This document shows positions 1-10,939 of a stretch of 64,000 nt of DNA, piece after piece. Made by a program: the position numbers and the translations under genes. The notes below the pieces were generated by a model. It saw nothing but the letters and a program-made list of their open reading frames with translations. It made no database searches and was not told the DNA's origin. Location: contig OY253687.1 in assembly GCA_958009085.1 (NCBI GenBank), positions 62,001 through 126,000 on the forward strand, given 5' to 3'. Source of the DNA: Protoeuglena noctilucae. Lineage: Eukaryota. Position 1 is the first letter of the stretch. Each line of letters opens with the position of its first letter.

Positions 1-304
1 AGAGGGAGGGGGGGGTGGTGATTATCGCAGGGGGGACCGAGGTGAGGGGATGGCGGGGGGGGTTGGGTCATGGTGGCTGGTGGGTGTAGTGGTGATGGTG
101 GTTTTCTTGTTATGTGACACTTACTATTTGGTAATACCGATTTTGTGATTTGTATCACCGACATCACGTATCACATATCATCACTCATTCCCTCACTCTC
201 CCTCGCCCTTTCAGATCTCCCCCAGTGACTTCGCGTGCTTCATCACATATCATCTCACATGTCATCACTAACTCATTCCTTCTCCTTCTATCTCCCCCCT
301 TCAG

Positions 305-3300
305 ATCTCCCCCGGTGACTTCGCCTACGTCAAGTGCAGCGCCTTCCCCCCCGAGCCCCTGGCCCGCGACACCCGGGAGCGACCCTCTTATGTCAAATCC
401 GCAAAGGGGGAGCTGCAGGGAGTCGATGCCTGGCACGTGGTGCGGGTGGTGGAGGTGGTGGGGAAAGAGAAAGCGACACGAGTGAAAGTGGTGCGCTACT
501 TGCGGCCGGAGGAGGTGTCGAGGGAGCTGAGGTGAGGGAGTGGGGATATAGTTGCGGGGTTGTTATTATATCGATAGTAATGATCAATAGTAATGATAGT
601 GAATGGAGAGCTGGTGCGCTACCTGAGGCCGGAGGAGGTGTCGCGGGAGCTGAGGTTAGAGGGTGAAGGTGGAGGACGCAGTGGGGTAGCAGCGCTGGCA
701 AGGTTACTCATTCATAAAGTTACTATAACTATTACAGCTATGCATTGCTCTTGCACTCATCTCCCACCCAGGCACTCCCGCCCGTACCGCGAGGTCTTCT
801 CGTCGCGCCTCACCGCCACCGTCCCCGTCAGCGCCCTCGTGCGCCGGTGCTTCGTCTGCCCTCCCGGCACCGACACGCGCCATCTGGACGTCTTTATCTG
901 CGAGAAGCGGTATCTGGGGGTGAAGGGAGGCGTGGAGGTGGAGAGGGGCGCTGCTAAGGGTGGCGGCAAGGGCGCGGCCAAGGGCAAGGGCGGGAGGGGT
1001 GGCAAGAAGGGCAATGGGGCGGATAAGGGCGGGAAGGGAGGTGCGGATAAGACGGTTAACAACGGTGGCGAGGGAGGCAGCGCGGAGGGAGCGGTGACGA
1101 ACGCCAGTGGCCGTCCCACCCGCGGCAAGCGCGTGCGCTATGCCGAGTTGGACGGTAGCAGCGATGGCGGCAGCGACGATGATTATGAGGATGAGGGGGT
1201 GGTGATGGAGGGCGATGCGGGTGTGGAGGTGGAGGGGGGTGAGCCTGTGTTTGAGGAGGCGGGGGAGGGGGACGTGGGGGCGGTGGAGGAAGGGGCCCTG
1301 TGGGAGGGGAGCGTGGTGCCGGCACACGACGCGTTAGACGGTGAGTGGGGGGTGAATGGGGGTGTGTAAGTGGGGATGAGGTTGTATTGGTGGGTGTGGA
1401 AGTGTGGGTGCGGTTGTCGGTGTGGGTGTGGGTGTGGGTGTTGCAACTGTAATTTCCCTCACCACCGCTCATCCCCTCCCCCAGAGCCCCGCCGCCTGCG
1501 TACCCTGGACATCTTTGCCGGCTGCGGGGGTCTGAGCGAGGGCATGCACCAGGCGGGGGCCTGCGTGACGAAATGGGCGATCGAGTATGAGAGGCCGGCC
1601 GCAGAGGCGTTCAAGCTCAACAACCCGGATGCGCACGTGTTCTGCGACAACTGCAACGTGGTGCTGCTCAAGGCCATGGAGAAGGCGGGGCAGGTGAGAG
1701 TGGCAGTTTAGAGTGGCAGTCAAGGGTGATAGTAGTAATGTTACATACTCACTGCATACTCATGACAATCGATCAAAACTGCTTCGCCCTTTCCCACCCG
1801 CTCTTCCAACACCTCTCACCCCGTCCCTCACCCCACCTCCCTCACCCTCCACCCCCCTCTCTCAGATGTCCGACTGCTTCGCCCCCCCCGACAACCTCAC
1901 CGCCGCCTCCGCCTTCCCCGCTTCCGATTTCGATGCCCTGCCCCTCCCCGGTCAAGTCGACTTCATCTGCGGCGGCCCCCCCTGCCAGGGCTACTCGGGC
2001 ATGAACCGATTCAACAAAAGCAACTGGTCGATGGTGCAGAACAGTATGATCATGTCGTTCTTGTCCTATTGCGACTTCTACCGCCCCCGCTACTTCCTGC
2101 TGGAGAACGTGCGGGCGTTCGTGTCGCACAACAAGACGCAGACCTTCCGCATGGCCCTGCGCGCGCTGGTCGAGATGGGGTACCAGGTTCGATTCGGGGT
2201 GCTGAACGCGGGGAACTTCGGGGTGGCGCAGTCGCGCAAGAGGACCTTCATCTGGGCGGCCGCCCCGGGGGAGGCGCTGCCGAAGTGGCCCACGCCCACG
2301 CACGCATTCAAGTCGCCGCAGCTGGCCATCAACCTGCCCCACGGCGTGCAGTACTGCGCCGTGCCGCGCGTGGAGGGGGCGCCGCTGCGGTCGGGTGAGG
2401 GGGGGGGGGTTGGGGTGATGGGTGTGGGGTGGTGCTGGGTTGGGGTGTGGTGAGGTGGGGTGATGGTGGGGTGGTGGGGTGGGGTGGGTTGTGGGTGCGG
2501 TGTGGTGTGTGCTTTGCTGTGCAGGGGTGACGCTGTGTGGGTGAGCCAGTTGGCGCAGATGGTATACCTAAGTGTACTGACCATCACCCCAATGTCTACA
2601 CTCACTCCCTTCTCAGTCACTGTGATGGACACGATCGGCGACCTCCCCCCCCTGACCAACGGCGCGGATGCGGAGGTGATGGACTACGCGGGCCCTCCCG
2701 TGAGTGACTTCCAGAGGGACGTGCGCAAGGGCAGCGACAAGCTGAGGGACCACATCTGCAAGGAGATGAACGAGCTCAACCTCAAGAGGTGCACCATCGT
2801 GGTGAGTGACTGTTAGGGACTGGGTATGTGTGTGACTGTATGCGTGTAGATGAACGAGCTCAACCTCAAGAGGTGCACCGTGGTGAGTGGATAAGTGTGA
2901 CTGTGACTGGCTACAGAAGCTCACCGAGCCTGCCATTTGCCACCAACCTCGCCATCTCTCAGATTACCATCTCGCTACCTTTCTCATCACCATCACTCTA
3001 CCCCACTCCCCCCCATCCACAGCCCAAGGAGGTGCCAGGCGCGGACTGGCGACACCTGCAGATGTGGGTGGAGGAGCGGGGGGAGGAGGCCGACGACTTC
3101 GAGGGCCGCACCATGAAGGGCAAGATCGTGCCCTGGTGCCTGCCACACACGGCCGACCGCCACAACGGGTGGAGGGGGCTGTTCGGGCGGCTGGACTGGT
3201 TCGGACACTTCCCCACCTCCGTCACCGGTGAGGGGGCAGTTTGGCATATCTGAGCAATGGCTTATAAACAACGGCTTGGATTGTCAGTGGTGAGGGGGTG

Positions 3301-3732
3301 CAATGAGACGATGCGATACTGGTGGGGGCGTTACCCAGTGGCTTAGAGGAGTGTGTTAACCACACATGCCTGCGTACGCCAATCCATATCGCGTCTTTAA
3401 CACGCCACAGTGCATCTCGCTCTTCTCCCACCGCACACATCGCATGCTCCCCCACCCACCCTGCGCCCGGCCCCCTCCCCGCAGACCCCCAGCCCATGGG
3501 CAAGGTGGGGCAGGTGTTCCACCCCAACCAAGACCGCATCGTGTCGGTGCGCGAGTGCGCTCGGTCGCAGGGCTTCCCCGACACCTTCCGCCTCTACGGC
3601 AACGTGCACAACAAGCACCGGCAGGTGGGCAACGCGGTGCCCGTGCCGCTGGCCAGGGCGCTGGGCAGGGAGCTGGTGCGGGCCGTGGTGGGCGAGGGCG
3701 AGGGCGAGGGCGAGGCCGCGGGCGGGCGCTGA
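305..3732 (+). CDS. MET1: DNA (cytosine-5) methyltransferase DNMT1/MET1, 3' part (BAH2 region plus catalytic domain); 5' end lies outside the window
   Basis: Exons ~305-531, 772-1340, 1485-1693, 1866-2394, 2617-2801, 3023-3227 and 3485-3732, all GT-AG. Motif [14 protein letters not shown], motif [14 protein letters not shown], motif VI LLENV, motif [30 protein letters not shown] and motif X RQVGNAVP are present. Confidence 0.96.
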
Positions 3733-4230
3733 GGAATCGCTGCGTGGCTGAGGCGGGCGCGGGGGGCAGGGACTGCGCGACGTAGGCAAAGAGCCGCCAC
3801 GCATGCATGGCCCGTTGAATGCAAAGGTGCAGCGGGTTGATCGGAACGCAGCCGCGGATTGAATCGAGCAACGCGCACTCCCGAAACCCGCATCTGAGTG
3901 CCGATCCGCGGATGGCTGCGCACGGAGCCCGCAGGCATGCCTCGTCGCCTGCCTTGGGTCTGATGGTGGCCGGGTGCTGACCGATCCCCGGTGCGCGTGC
4001 ACCTGTGTGCTACTTGACCATTGCACGTCATCCACGGATGCTCCGCGGAGCGCAGCCAGCTCGTCGCCGCCCGCCTTGCCCGAGTGCTGGTGAGCGCCCG
4101 TGCCAGAGAAGCGAGGGCGCGCGAGCCGAGAGGCGGAGAGGAGCGTGTGGGCATGGCACAGTGACAGTCGAGTACTCACAGAACTCGTCCGCAGCCGCAT
4201 TGAGGTTGTGAACCCGTCGCGGCGCCGATC
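3542..4230 (+). repeat. Left arm of long inverted duplication (partner 28561-29249)
   Basis: Base-by-base comparison with the reverse complement of 28561-29249 shows no indels. One mismatch at 3561, identity over 3562-4033, then about 20 mismatches in 4034-4230. Confidence 0.97.
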
Positions 4231-4640
4231 GCGCGTCTGGAGGTCTGCTAGCTGCGCCACTCCATGACGCACCGTCGGAGGCGAGGAGCGATGCCGTCGA
4301 CATGCCATGCAACTTCGCTTGCTTAGTACAACAGTTCAAACCTCCCGCAGCGTCAGCGTGAGCCTCGCCCGGTCCTTGGGAGCTCGCTGCAGTTGACGAG
4401 CTGGGCCACCTCGGCCTTCCACCCGCAGGCATCCGTGCGCTTGGCTGCGCATACTGTGGAGCCATGACGCCTTGTGCAAGAGCGGGTTCGTCTTAGAACA
4501 AGAGAAGGAGGTCGAGGGACGCGCCCGAGCCTGAGGTACATGGCAGCTTGGCAAAGGCTGCGCAGTGCAGTATATCGGGTCCGTTGGGGCGATGGAAGCT
4601 TGTTCATGCTACATGTGCGAGTGCTGTTACTGTACCGCAG

Positions 4641-5414
4641 GTCGACTTCGATGTCTTCTACCCCGCCGGCGAGAACGGAGACGGCTACGAGGACGCCGTG
4701 ATCGACGTGCTGGATGCGTCGGGCGCCGTGGCCCTGCGCATCCCCTGCCACCGCACCATCGTGTGCCGGGCGTCGGCGGTGCTGCGCGACCAGGACAGGC
4801 AGACGGACAGCGTGGTGGAGGGGCGGAAGCGGCTGGTGATGGACGACGCGCGGCTGGCGAGGGACGACCTGGACGACGCGCGGCGCATGGTGGGGGAGAT
4901 TTACCGGCAGTGCGGGCCTGGGCGCGGTCAGTTTTTGTTTGTGGGACACACGATGGTTGGGACCGTATTTAACACTGTTGTGTCGGCCTCTTCGCTGCTG
5001 GGCGCCTACAGGCAGGTGTACGAGCGCTGGGGCAACAGCCGTCTGCTGCGGGACAAGTACAATGTGCAGCTGCCATTCATCGAGGTGCACGACCTGGCGG
5101 CAGCGTACAGTGCGCCCAAGGGTGTGTCTCTCAGTGACGAAGCGCTCGACGACCTTGAGGAGATGCGCGTCGCAAGCTGGGTGGCACAGACGGTACCGGT
5201 GCAGGGCTTCTCGGTGCTCTCAACTTACGGTTTCCTTGCGCCTTCTATCGGGGCACTCATGGCCGATGACGGCATGGCCAAGCTGATGGAGGCGTCATAT
5301 GCCAACCTCAACACCGACTTGGAGCGCGCCGCGTGCTTTGCCGTGAGAATGCTGGCTAGGGTCAAGCGGCAGAGCCCAGATGATTATGCCAGAGCATTCC
5401 AAACGCCGAACTAG
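4641..5414 (+). CDS. BTB/POZ-like domain protein, paralog A (main exon; upstream exon uncertain)
   Basis: Acceptor ccgcag at 4640, then VDFDVFYP..DAVIDVLDASGAVALRIPCHRTIVCRASAVLR, resembling the BTB signature D-x-x-I...HR-x-[IV]-[LV]-x-x-x-S-x-x-[FL]. A clear paralog lies at 27362-28222. Confidence 0.55.
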   Translation, partial: VDFDVFYPAGENGDGYEDAVIDVLDASGAVALRIPCHRTIVCRASAVLRDQDRQTDSVVEGRKRLVMDDARLARDDLDDARRMVGEIYRQCGPGRGQFLFVGHTMVGTVFNTVVSASSLLGAYRQVYERWGNSRLLRDKYNVQLPFIEVHDLAAAYSAPKGVSLSDEALDDLEEMRVASWVAQTVPVQGFSVLSTYGFLAPSIGALMADDGMAKLMEASYANLNTDLERAACFAVRMLARVKRQSPDDYARAFQTPN

Positions 5415-5492
5415 GCAACGTTTTAAGGGCCGCGAAAGATCAAACACGGCAGACGCCATCTTTTGACCTTCGCGTCCCACCCGCCGCCCCTC

Positions 5493-8267
5493 TCAGCCTC
5501 CCAACAGCCCCAGCCGCAGCACCCCCTTCATCACGCGGCCGTTCTCCCCCTCAAACTCCACGGGTATGCCCTTGTCCGACATGCCCACCACCCTGCAAGG
5601 CAGAAAGGGCAACAAGCTGCCGTCACAGCAACATGACACGGCCGTCAGTAGCCCCGCCCCATCTCTGACGTCACTGCAACAGGCATGTCACCAGCTATAT
5701 TTCATCAATCTCCCCGCCCCGTCTCCCGGCCCTCACCCGTCCAGCCCCGTCCCGTTCCCCACCCCGTTTGCGGCCCCCGCCAGCGCCCGCCCCTCCATCA
5801 TCGGCGCATGCGCTGGCTTCATCCGCAGCAGCTCCGCCTCCAGCATGGCCGCCGTGATGGGCGGGATGTCGCTCAGCCGCACCCTGCGACCGCCTGCCCC
5901 CGAGGGATTCGAGGCACCGCCTTGGGACCCAGCAGCCCCACGGTCCCCTGCCCCCGATGCTGAGGCCTCTGCCATGCGTGCGGCAGCTGCGAGCAGGAGG
6001 CTTGAAAGTCTTCACACTTGCCACCTGTGCTCGCCAGGTGCAGCAGAGAGCCGGAAGTAAGAGACAGGCTGGACCATGGTGACCCACTAACGGCGGGCCG
6101 ACAGATGGAACGAGGGGGCTGTGGGGCGGGCTGGGCGGCAGCAACTGCGTCCCCGCTCACCCCTGGCGGCTTCCCGGCAGACCTGCGTCAGGTCAGATCC
6201 GGAGAAACCCTCGGTCATCTGTGCCACCTTCCGCAGCGCAGTGGCGGGGTCAGTCAGAATGGCACGGTCCACCGCCCCCGTGTCCGCGGCAGACGGGACG
6301 CGGCCGTCGGTGCGGGCGGCGTGGAATCCCCGCATGGCCGCCTCCTTGAGCTGCGGGGGTGGCAGCAGAGCACAGGGTGCGTCACACGAGCGGGGCAGTG
6401 GGTGAGGCGTGGCTGCGTGTCTCAGGTGTGCCGCAGCGGGTGAGCGTGTGCGCAGAGCTAAAGCAGCGTTTCCAACTCATCACACCACGGTCCTCCAACA
6501 CCTCCCCACACCAACTCCCATCTCTCACCAGCGTCTTGTAGAGGATCTCGATGCGCCCCCTCTCGTCCGGCTTCCCGATGTAGAATCGATCGGGGAATCG
6601 TCGCTTGACGGCTTCGTCGAGGTGGTCGGGGCGATTGGTGGCCGCCAGGACCACCACGCGCGTGTCCCGGGACGTGGTCATACCCTGCAGCGAGAGACGT
6701 GAGAAGGGCCGGGATGGAGAGCCATGTTGCGAGACGGATGAACAGCCACAGGGAAACGAGGCATGGCAAACGCTGTCTAAGATAGACTGGGGCAGAGTGA
6801 GAGTAAAATGGAGAAGTCGGTCCTGCTCAAACTTGCCCCCTCCCACTGCCTCCCAGTGCCCGCCCCCGCCCCTTCCACCGCCTCTTCTCACCTCCCAGTG
6901 CTGCATGAATTCCGTCTTATACGCCGTAATGAAGTCCTGCTCTGAGGCATGGCGCTGGCCCAGGAGGGCGTCGACCTCATCCACGAAAATGATGCTGGGC
7001 TGCGTGCGGCAAAGGCGTCCGTTACATTTCATGCAGACCCGATGACACGCCACATGAATGTCTCGGCGCCGCAACCACGCTGCTTCAGCACTGCTGCAAG
7101 CATGTGCACCGCTGCCACACGACAGCCCCCGCATCATGCATCACGCGCCTGCAGCTTCTTGGCCAGCGAGAAGACGGCCGCGACGAGCTTGTTCGTCTCC
7201 CCGAACCACTTGTTCTGCAGCGACGACGCCCGGACGTTGATGAACACCGCACCCGTCTCGACCGCCAGCGCCTGGGCCAGCATCGTCTTGCCGGTGCCCG
7301 GGGGCCCGTAGAGCAGAATACCGCGCGAGACCCCCAGGAGAGGCGTGCAGTAGACGTCCGGGCTCTCGAGAGGGCGCAGAATCTTGTCCCTCAGCTGGCC
7401 GATCTGGTCGGACAGGCCTCCCAGGTCGGCCAGGCTGCACGGGCGGAGGAGCGGGGCGAGTGAAGGGATCCGAGAAAAGCCAGAAGGCGCTCCGCAGACG
7501 TCCAAACACGCGAGCTGCATAGCCCGCGCACCGCACTCCGATCTCGTGAGGGTCCAGGACCTCCCCCACAACGTGGTGCTCGTGGCCGTCTAGGAGGACC
7601 GGAGGGCGGGTCGGGAACTTGCTCTGCAACCACCTGCGTTGCAAAGGGACACGGGCTTGTCATCGAGGCGCCGGGAGGAGCCGCGGGGGCGAGGCTGCAC
7701 TGCCCCGCCTGCTATGCCGGCCTCACGGGGAGCGAGCCGGCCGCGGCCTTGGCTTCTACGCAAGGCTCTTCTGCCAGCTCGCCTCTTCTTCTCCTCGACC
7801 TTCGCCTTGTCGAACGCGCTGGGATCGGGGATGCGTGACAGCAGCTTGTTCATGAGCCACCAGGAGCTCCCGATCCCTGGAGCGGCACGAATGGAGACGC
7901 CTTCGCGGGAAGTGGATGGCATAAGCAGCGGAGAGGGCATTGCGGCCGCTGAATCTCACCGAGCGCGATGTAGATGAGGTCCCCCCAGATGCCCGAAGGG
8001 GCGTCTTCCCGGGCCCTCCTGCGGACATCTCGGGGGCGCAGCGTCAGAGTGTATAGTCACAGGTCTGGGAATTTGCGCGGCCCAGCCGCGTTGCGATCCC
8101 AGCGTCGCCGCGGCAGCGATCCAAAGAGCCCGCGCTGCAACGGCTCGGTCGTGCCCCGAGGGACGCCTTAGGGCCGGTCGCGATGCAGCGGGGCGCGCAG
8201 AAGTCGCGAGGCACGGCACGCGCGAGCGAAGGCCGGGCCGTGACGCGCGATGGACGCACCTGGCCAT
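5493..8267 (-). CDS. MSP1/ATAD1-like AAA+ ATPase with N-terminal membrane anchor
   Basis: Spliced start MAR|RAREDAPSGIWGDLIYIAL|GIGSSWWLM. Walker A GILLYGPPGTGKT, NKWFGETNKLVAAVFSLAKKLQ|PSIIFVDEVD (Walker B), VLAATNRPDHLDEAVKRRF and TEGFSGSDL. Confidence 0.88.
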
Positions 8268-8587
8268 CGCGCAAGGCTTGGTCCTCCCAAAGCGATGCCC
8301 AGTCTTTTTCTCGCTTCTCTCACTCGTAAGTGGGGAACGCGAGATCGAGTGGCACGTGATTGATGAGCGGTGAGATGGGAAAGTCCACATTCTGGTCCAT
8401 TCTTTCGCTTCTTGCACACGCCAGAAGATGGCGCAGGATTCCGCGAAGCGCAGCGCGGCTGTGTATGCGCCATTGCCGAGACCTCGATGCCCGTGGACTG
8501 CACGTCCCAGGGGACCACTCGGCTCTCCTACCACACCCCAGCTCGCTCGCACACAAGAAGAGCGTCAACTTTGCACAGCTTTACAAG

Positions 8588-10493
8588 CTATGCCCCCACA
8601 CGCGAGAGCTCCACGGCGGCAGCACCACGCGCGGCCGCGCTCCTCCCCTCGGCCCTCGTCTCGGCCCGCGTCCCCAGCAGCGATGCCCCGCGTGGCCCCG
8701 AGGGTCGCGGCGCCCCAGGGGCCAGGCGGTCCGGGGAAGAGGAGGGCGCGGCGGCGCGGGGCAGGAGCGGCCGATGCTCGGCGTCCTGCGTGCAACAGCA
8801 AGAGTCAGGACGCATCACGCCATGGGTATGCGCGGCGGGGAGAGGACGTAGTCAGTGGTCGCAAGCGTGGCGTGTACAGACGTCACAGCCGTAAAGGAGT
8901 CATCGACACTGCAATTCTTCCTAGTCGCATACCGCGTCACATCGGCGTCACCTGCGTTGCGGGCCCCGCCTCCACGTCGGCCCCCTCGCGCGCCCGGGGA
9001 GACCCCGCGTTGCGACGGGGGGTGCTGCTGCGCTGGCGGCTCGAGCCCCCCGTGATGCCGGTGGCGCGCGCGAACCAGGCCTTGCCCGGGAAGGCGGACG
9101 GGTGCGCGCGGGTTGCTGCGCCGGGGTCGGCATCGATGCCCGGGGCGTGGGCGGCCGTAGTTGCTGCCGGCCTGGAGGCTGTGGATTACAGGAGCGAGCG
9201 AATTGTCATTGCTTTGTCATCGCAGATACAAGACAAGCCAGCGATTCCGACAAAGTCGGATGGGGCCTGCTCACGGCAAAAGGATGTGAGATGCATGTGT
9301 GCCTTACTCGTGAAGGTGCGGGAGGAGCACATTTGTCATCATCAGCCTATGGAAGATCGTACAACGCCACCATCGCTTTGCACCCACGCCCTCGCGCACT
9401 CGCCTGTCAGTCCCGCGAGCGGGATCTCCGCCATCTCCCACCGCATGCACGCGAACTCCGACACGAGCGCACACGCGACCAGGGACACCAGCGTCGAGGC
9501 CCACCAGAGACCGGCCGTGGGGAAGCCACCGTATATGCAGCATATGACGAAGTGGATGAGGTAGAATGTGGCTGCGGGGATGGGTAACACGAGGTCGCAA
9601 CGTGACTTGCTATGTGACTGCGAGCACCAGTCACCTTACTCTGCCACCCTGACCCTAGCCTCTTAACATCAGCCACCCCGCCTGCATGTCACGTCCCGCA
9701 CCTGTGAAGTCCAGGCACCGCTTGGCCCTCCGCACCGTCACGGCCACGACCCCAGCCAGCGCCAGGGCATGCGTCACGCCCACTGCCGCCAGACCCCACG
9801 CCAGGGACAGGGACCAGCCCGCCCCCTCCGCCAGGCGATGCGAGCCCGCACCCCGCAGTCGCCGCACTGTCGCAGCGACCAGCCCACGGTGACTCGAGGT
9901 CGCCTCTGACGTTCCGCAGCCATCAGAGGGATCAAGAGCCAGCCAACGCTCCTCCCCCGGTGCGCTCAGCACCCGTGCCCGGCTCCCCGCGCCCTGCTCC
10001 ACGCCGCCCCGGCCCCACGCACTCTCATCCCCTTTGGCAACACCCGCCCCTCCACCGTCCCCCGTGACCCCCGTGCACCCCGACGCGACCAGGTCACGCG
10101 GCCAATGCGACTCAGCCCCCGCGTGAGTGGACAGGTCAGGCCCGCCCGCAGCTGCCGACGTCCAGCCACGCAAGCCCCTGGGCGCCCCTCCGACCACGTT
10201 CCCGTACGCAGGGTACGACAGCGACATGGAGCGCGCGTCAAAGAGCCACGCTGCGGAGGTACGGGAACCCATGTGAGAGGGAGGATTTCAGAAAGCGGCA
10301 TCGCGCGCGGGGAGATGGCCCCTTGGGGCTGCCCAGCGTCGCGCCTGCCTGTGGGGGCCCCGAAGACGCCGCCATGGAAGGGCCCGAGGGTCGCGAGCAG
10401 CAGAAGCGCCCAGACAGCGTATCCGGCGAGCTGAATGAAGGTGATTTGGGCAATGATGAGGGCCGGGTCCCATTTCAGCGTCCCGTACAGCAT
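8588..10493 (-). CDS. SYS1: SYS1-like Golgi integral membrane protein
   Basis: WDPALIIAQI, VRRAKRCLDFT|ATFYLIHFVIC, FP..LWW and EFACMRWEMAEIPL match SYS1. TGTAA follows the stop (8581-8585, minus strand). Confidence 0.85.
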
Positions 10494-10939
10494 GGGCTGG
10501 GCCGCCCGGGATCCAAGAAAGCGATTCTGCGAATCTGCGGGACGCGATGACCTTACGAAGATGGAGAATACGCAATTCGGAGGAAATTATGCGCCGAGAG
10601 AATTGGAGGGCCACTGATGGACATAGCGATTGGCCCACGCTCAAAGCTGCTGGCAGAATGCACGACGCGGAGACGCTCCCAGTCAAGCTCGTGCAGTGGT
10701 GAGAGCTAGGTGCCCAGCGATGCCTCATCGCGCGACGCTCGGGCACACTGCAACTGGCGACGACGAGCGCCAGGTCAATTTCATCTTTGCAAGCGCCCAT
10801 GGCGCCAGCCAATACGCAGAAAGCTCCTTCTCTCTGTGCATAACACACCGTCGCTCCCCGCGTGGTCCGTTTGGTCTGTTCTTGCTTCTCGCTCATCCTC
10901 GTTCCCTAATTATGCGTATCACGCGGTTCTGCCAGCACC

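Noticed and set aside
1400..1440. (GGGTGT)n run as a telomere-like or CRISPR-like array
   Set aside because: Simple intronic low-complexity sequence with no spacers and no TTTAGGG-type unit.
6849..6901. 11-nt repeat of the AAA exon end (gcactgggagg) inside the adjacent intron
   Set aside because: Too short to distinguish from chance, although it resembles the DNMT1 exon-end copies.
8428..9564. 378-aa plus-strand ORF and many other long Arg/Pro/Gly-rich ORFs in the track
   Set aside because: They are antisense or off-frame shadows of real spliced genes (here SYS1), expected at this GC content.
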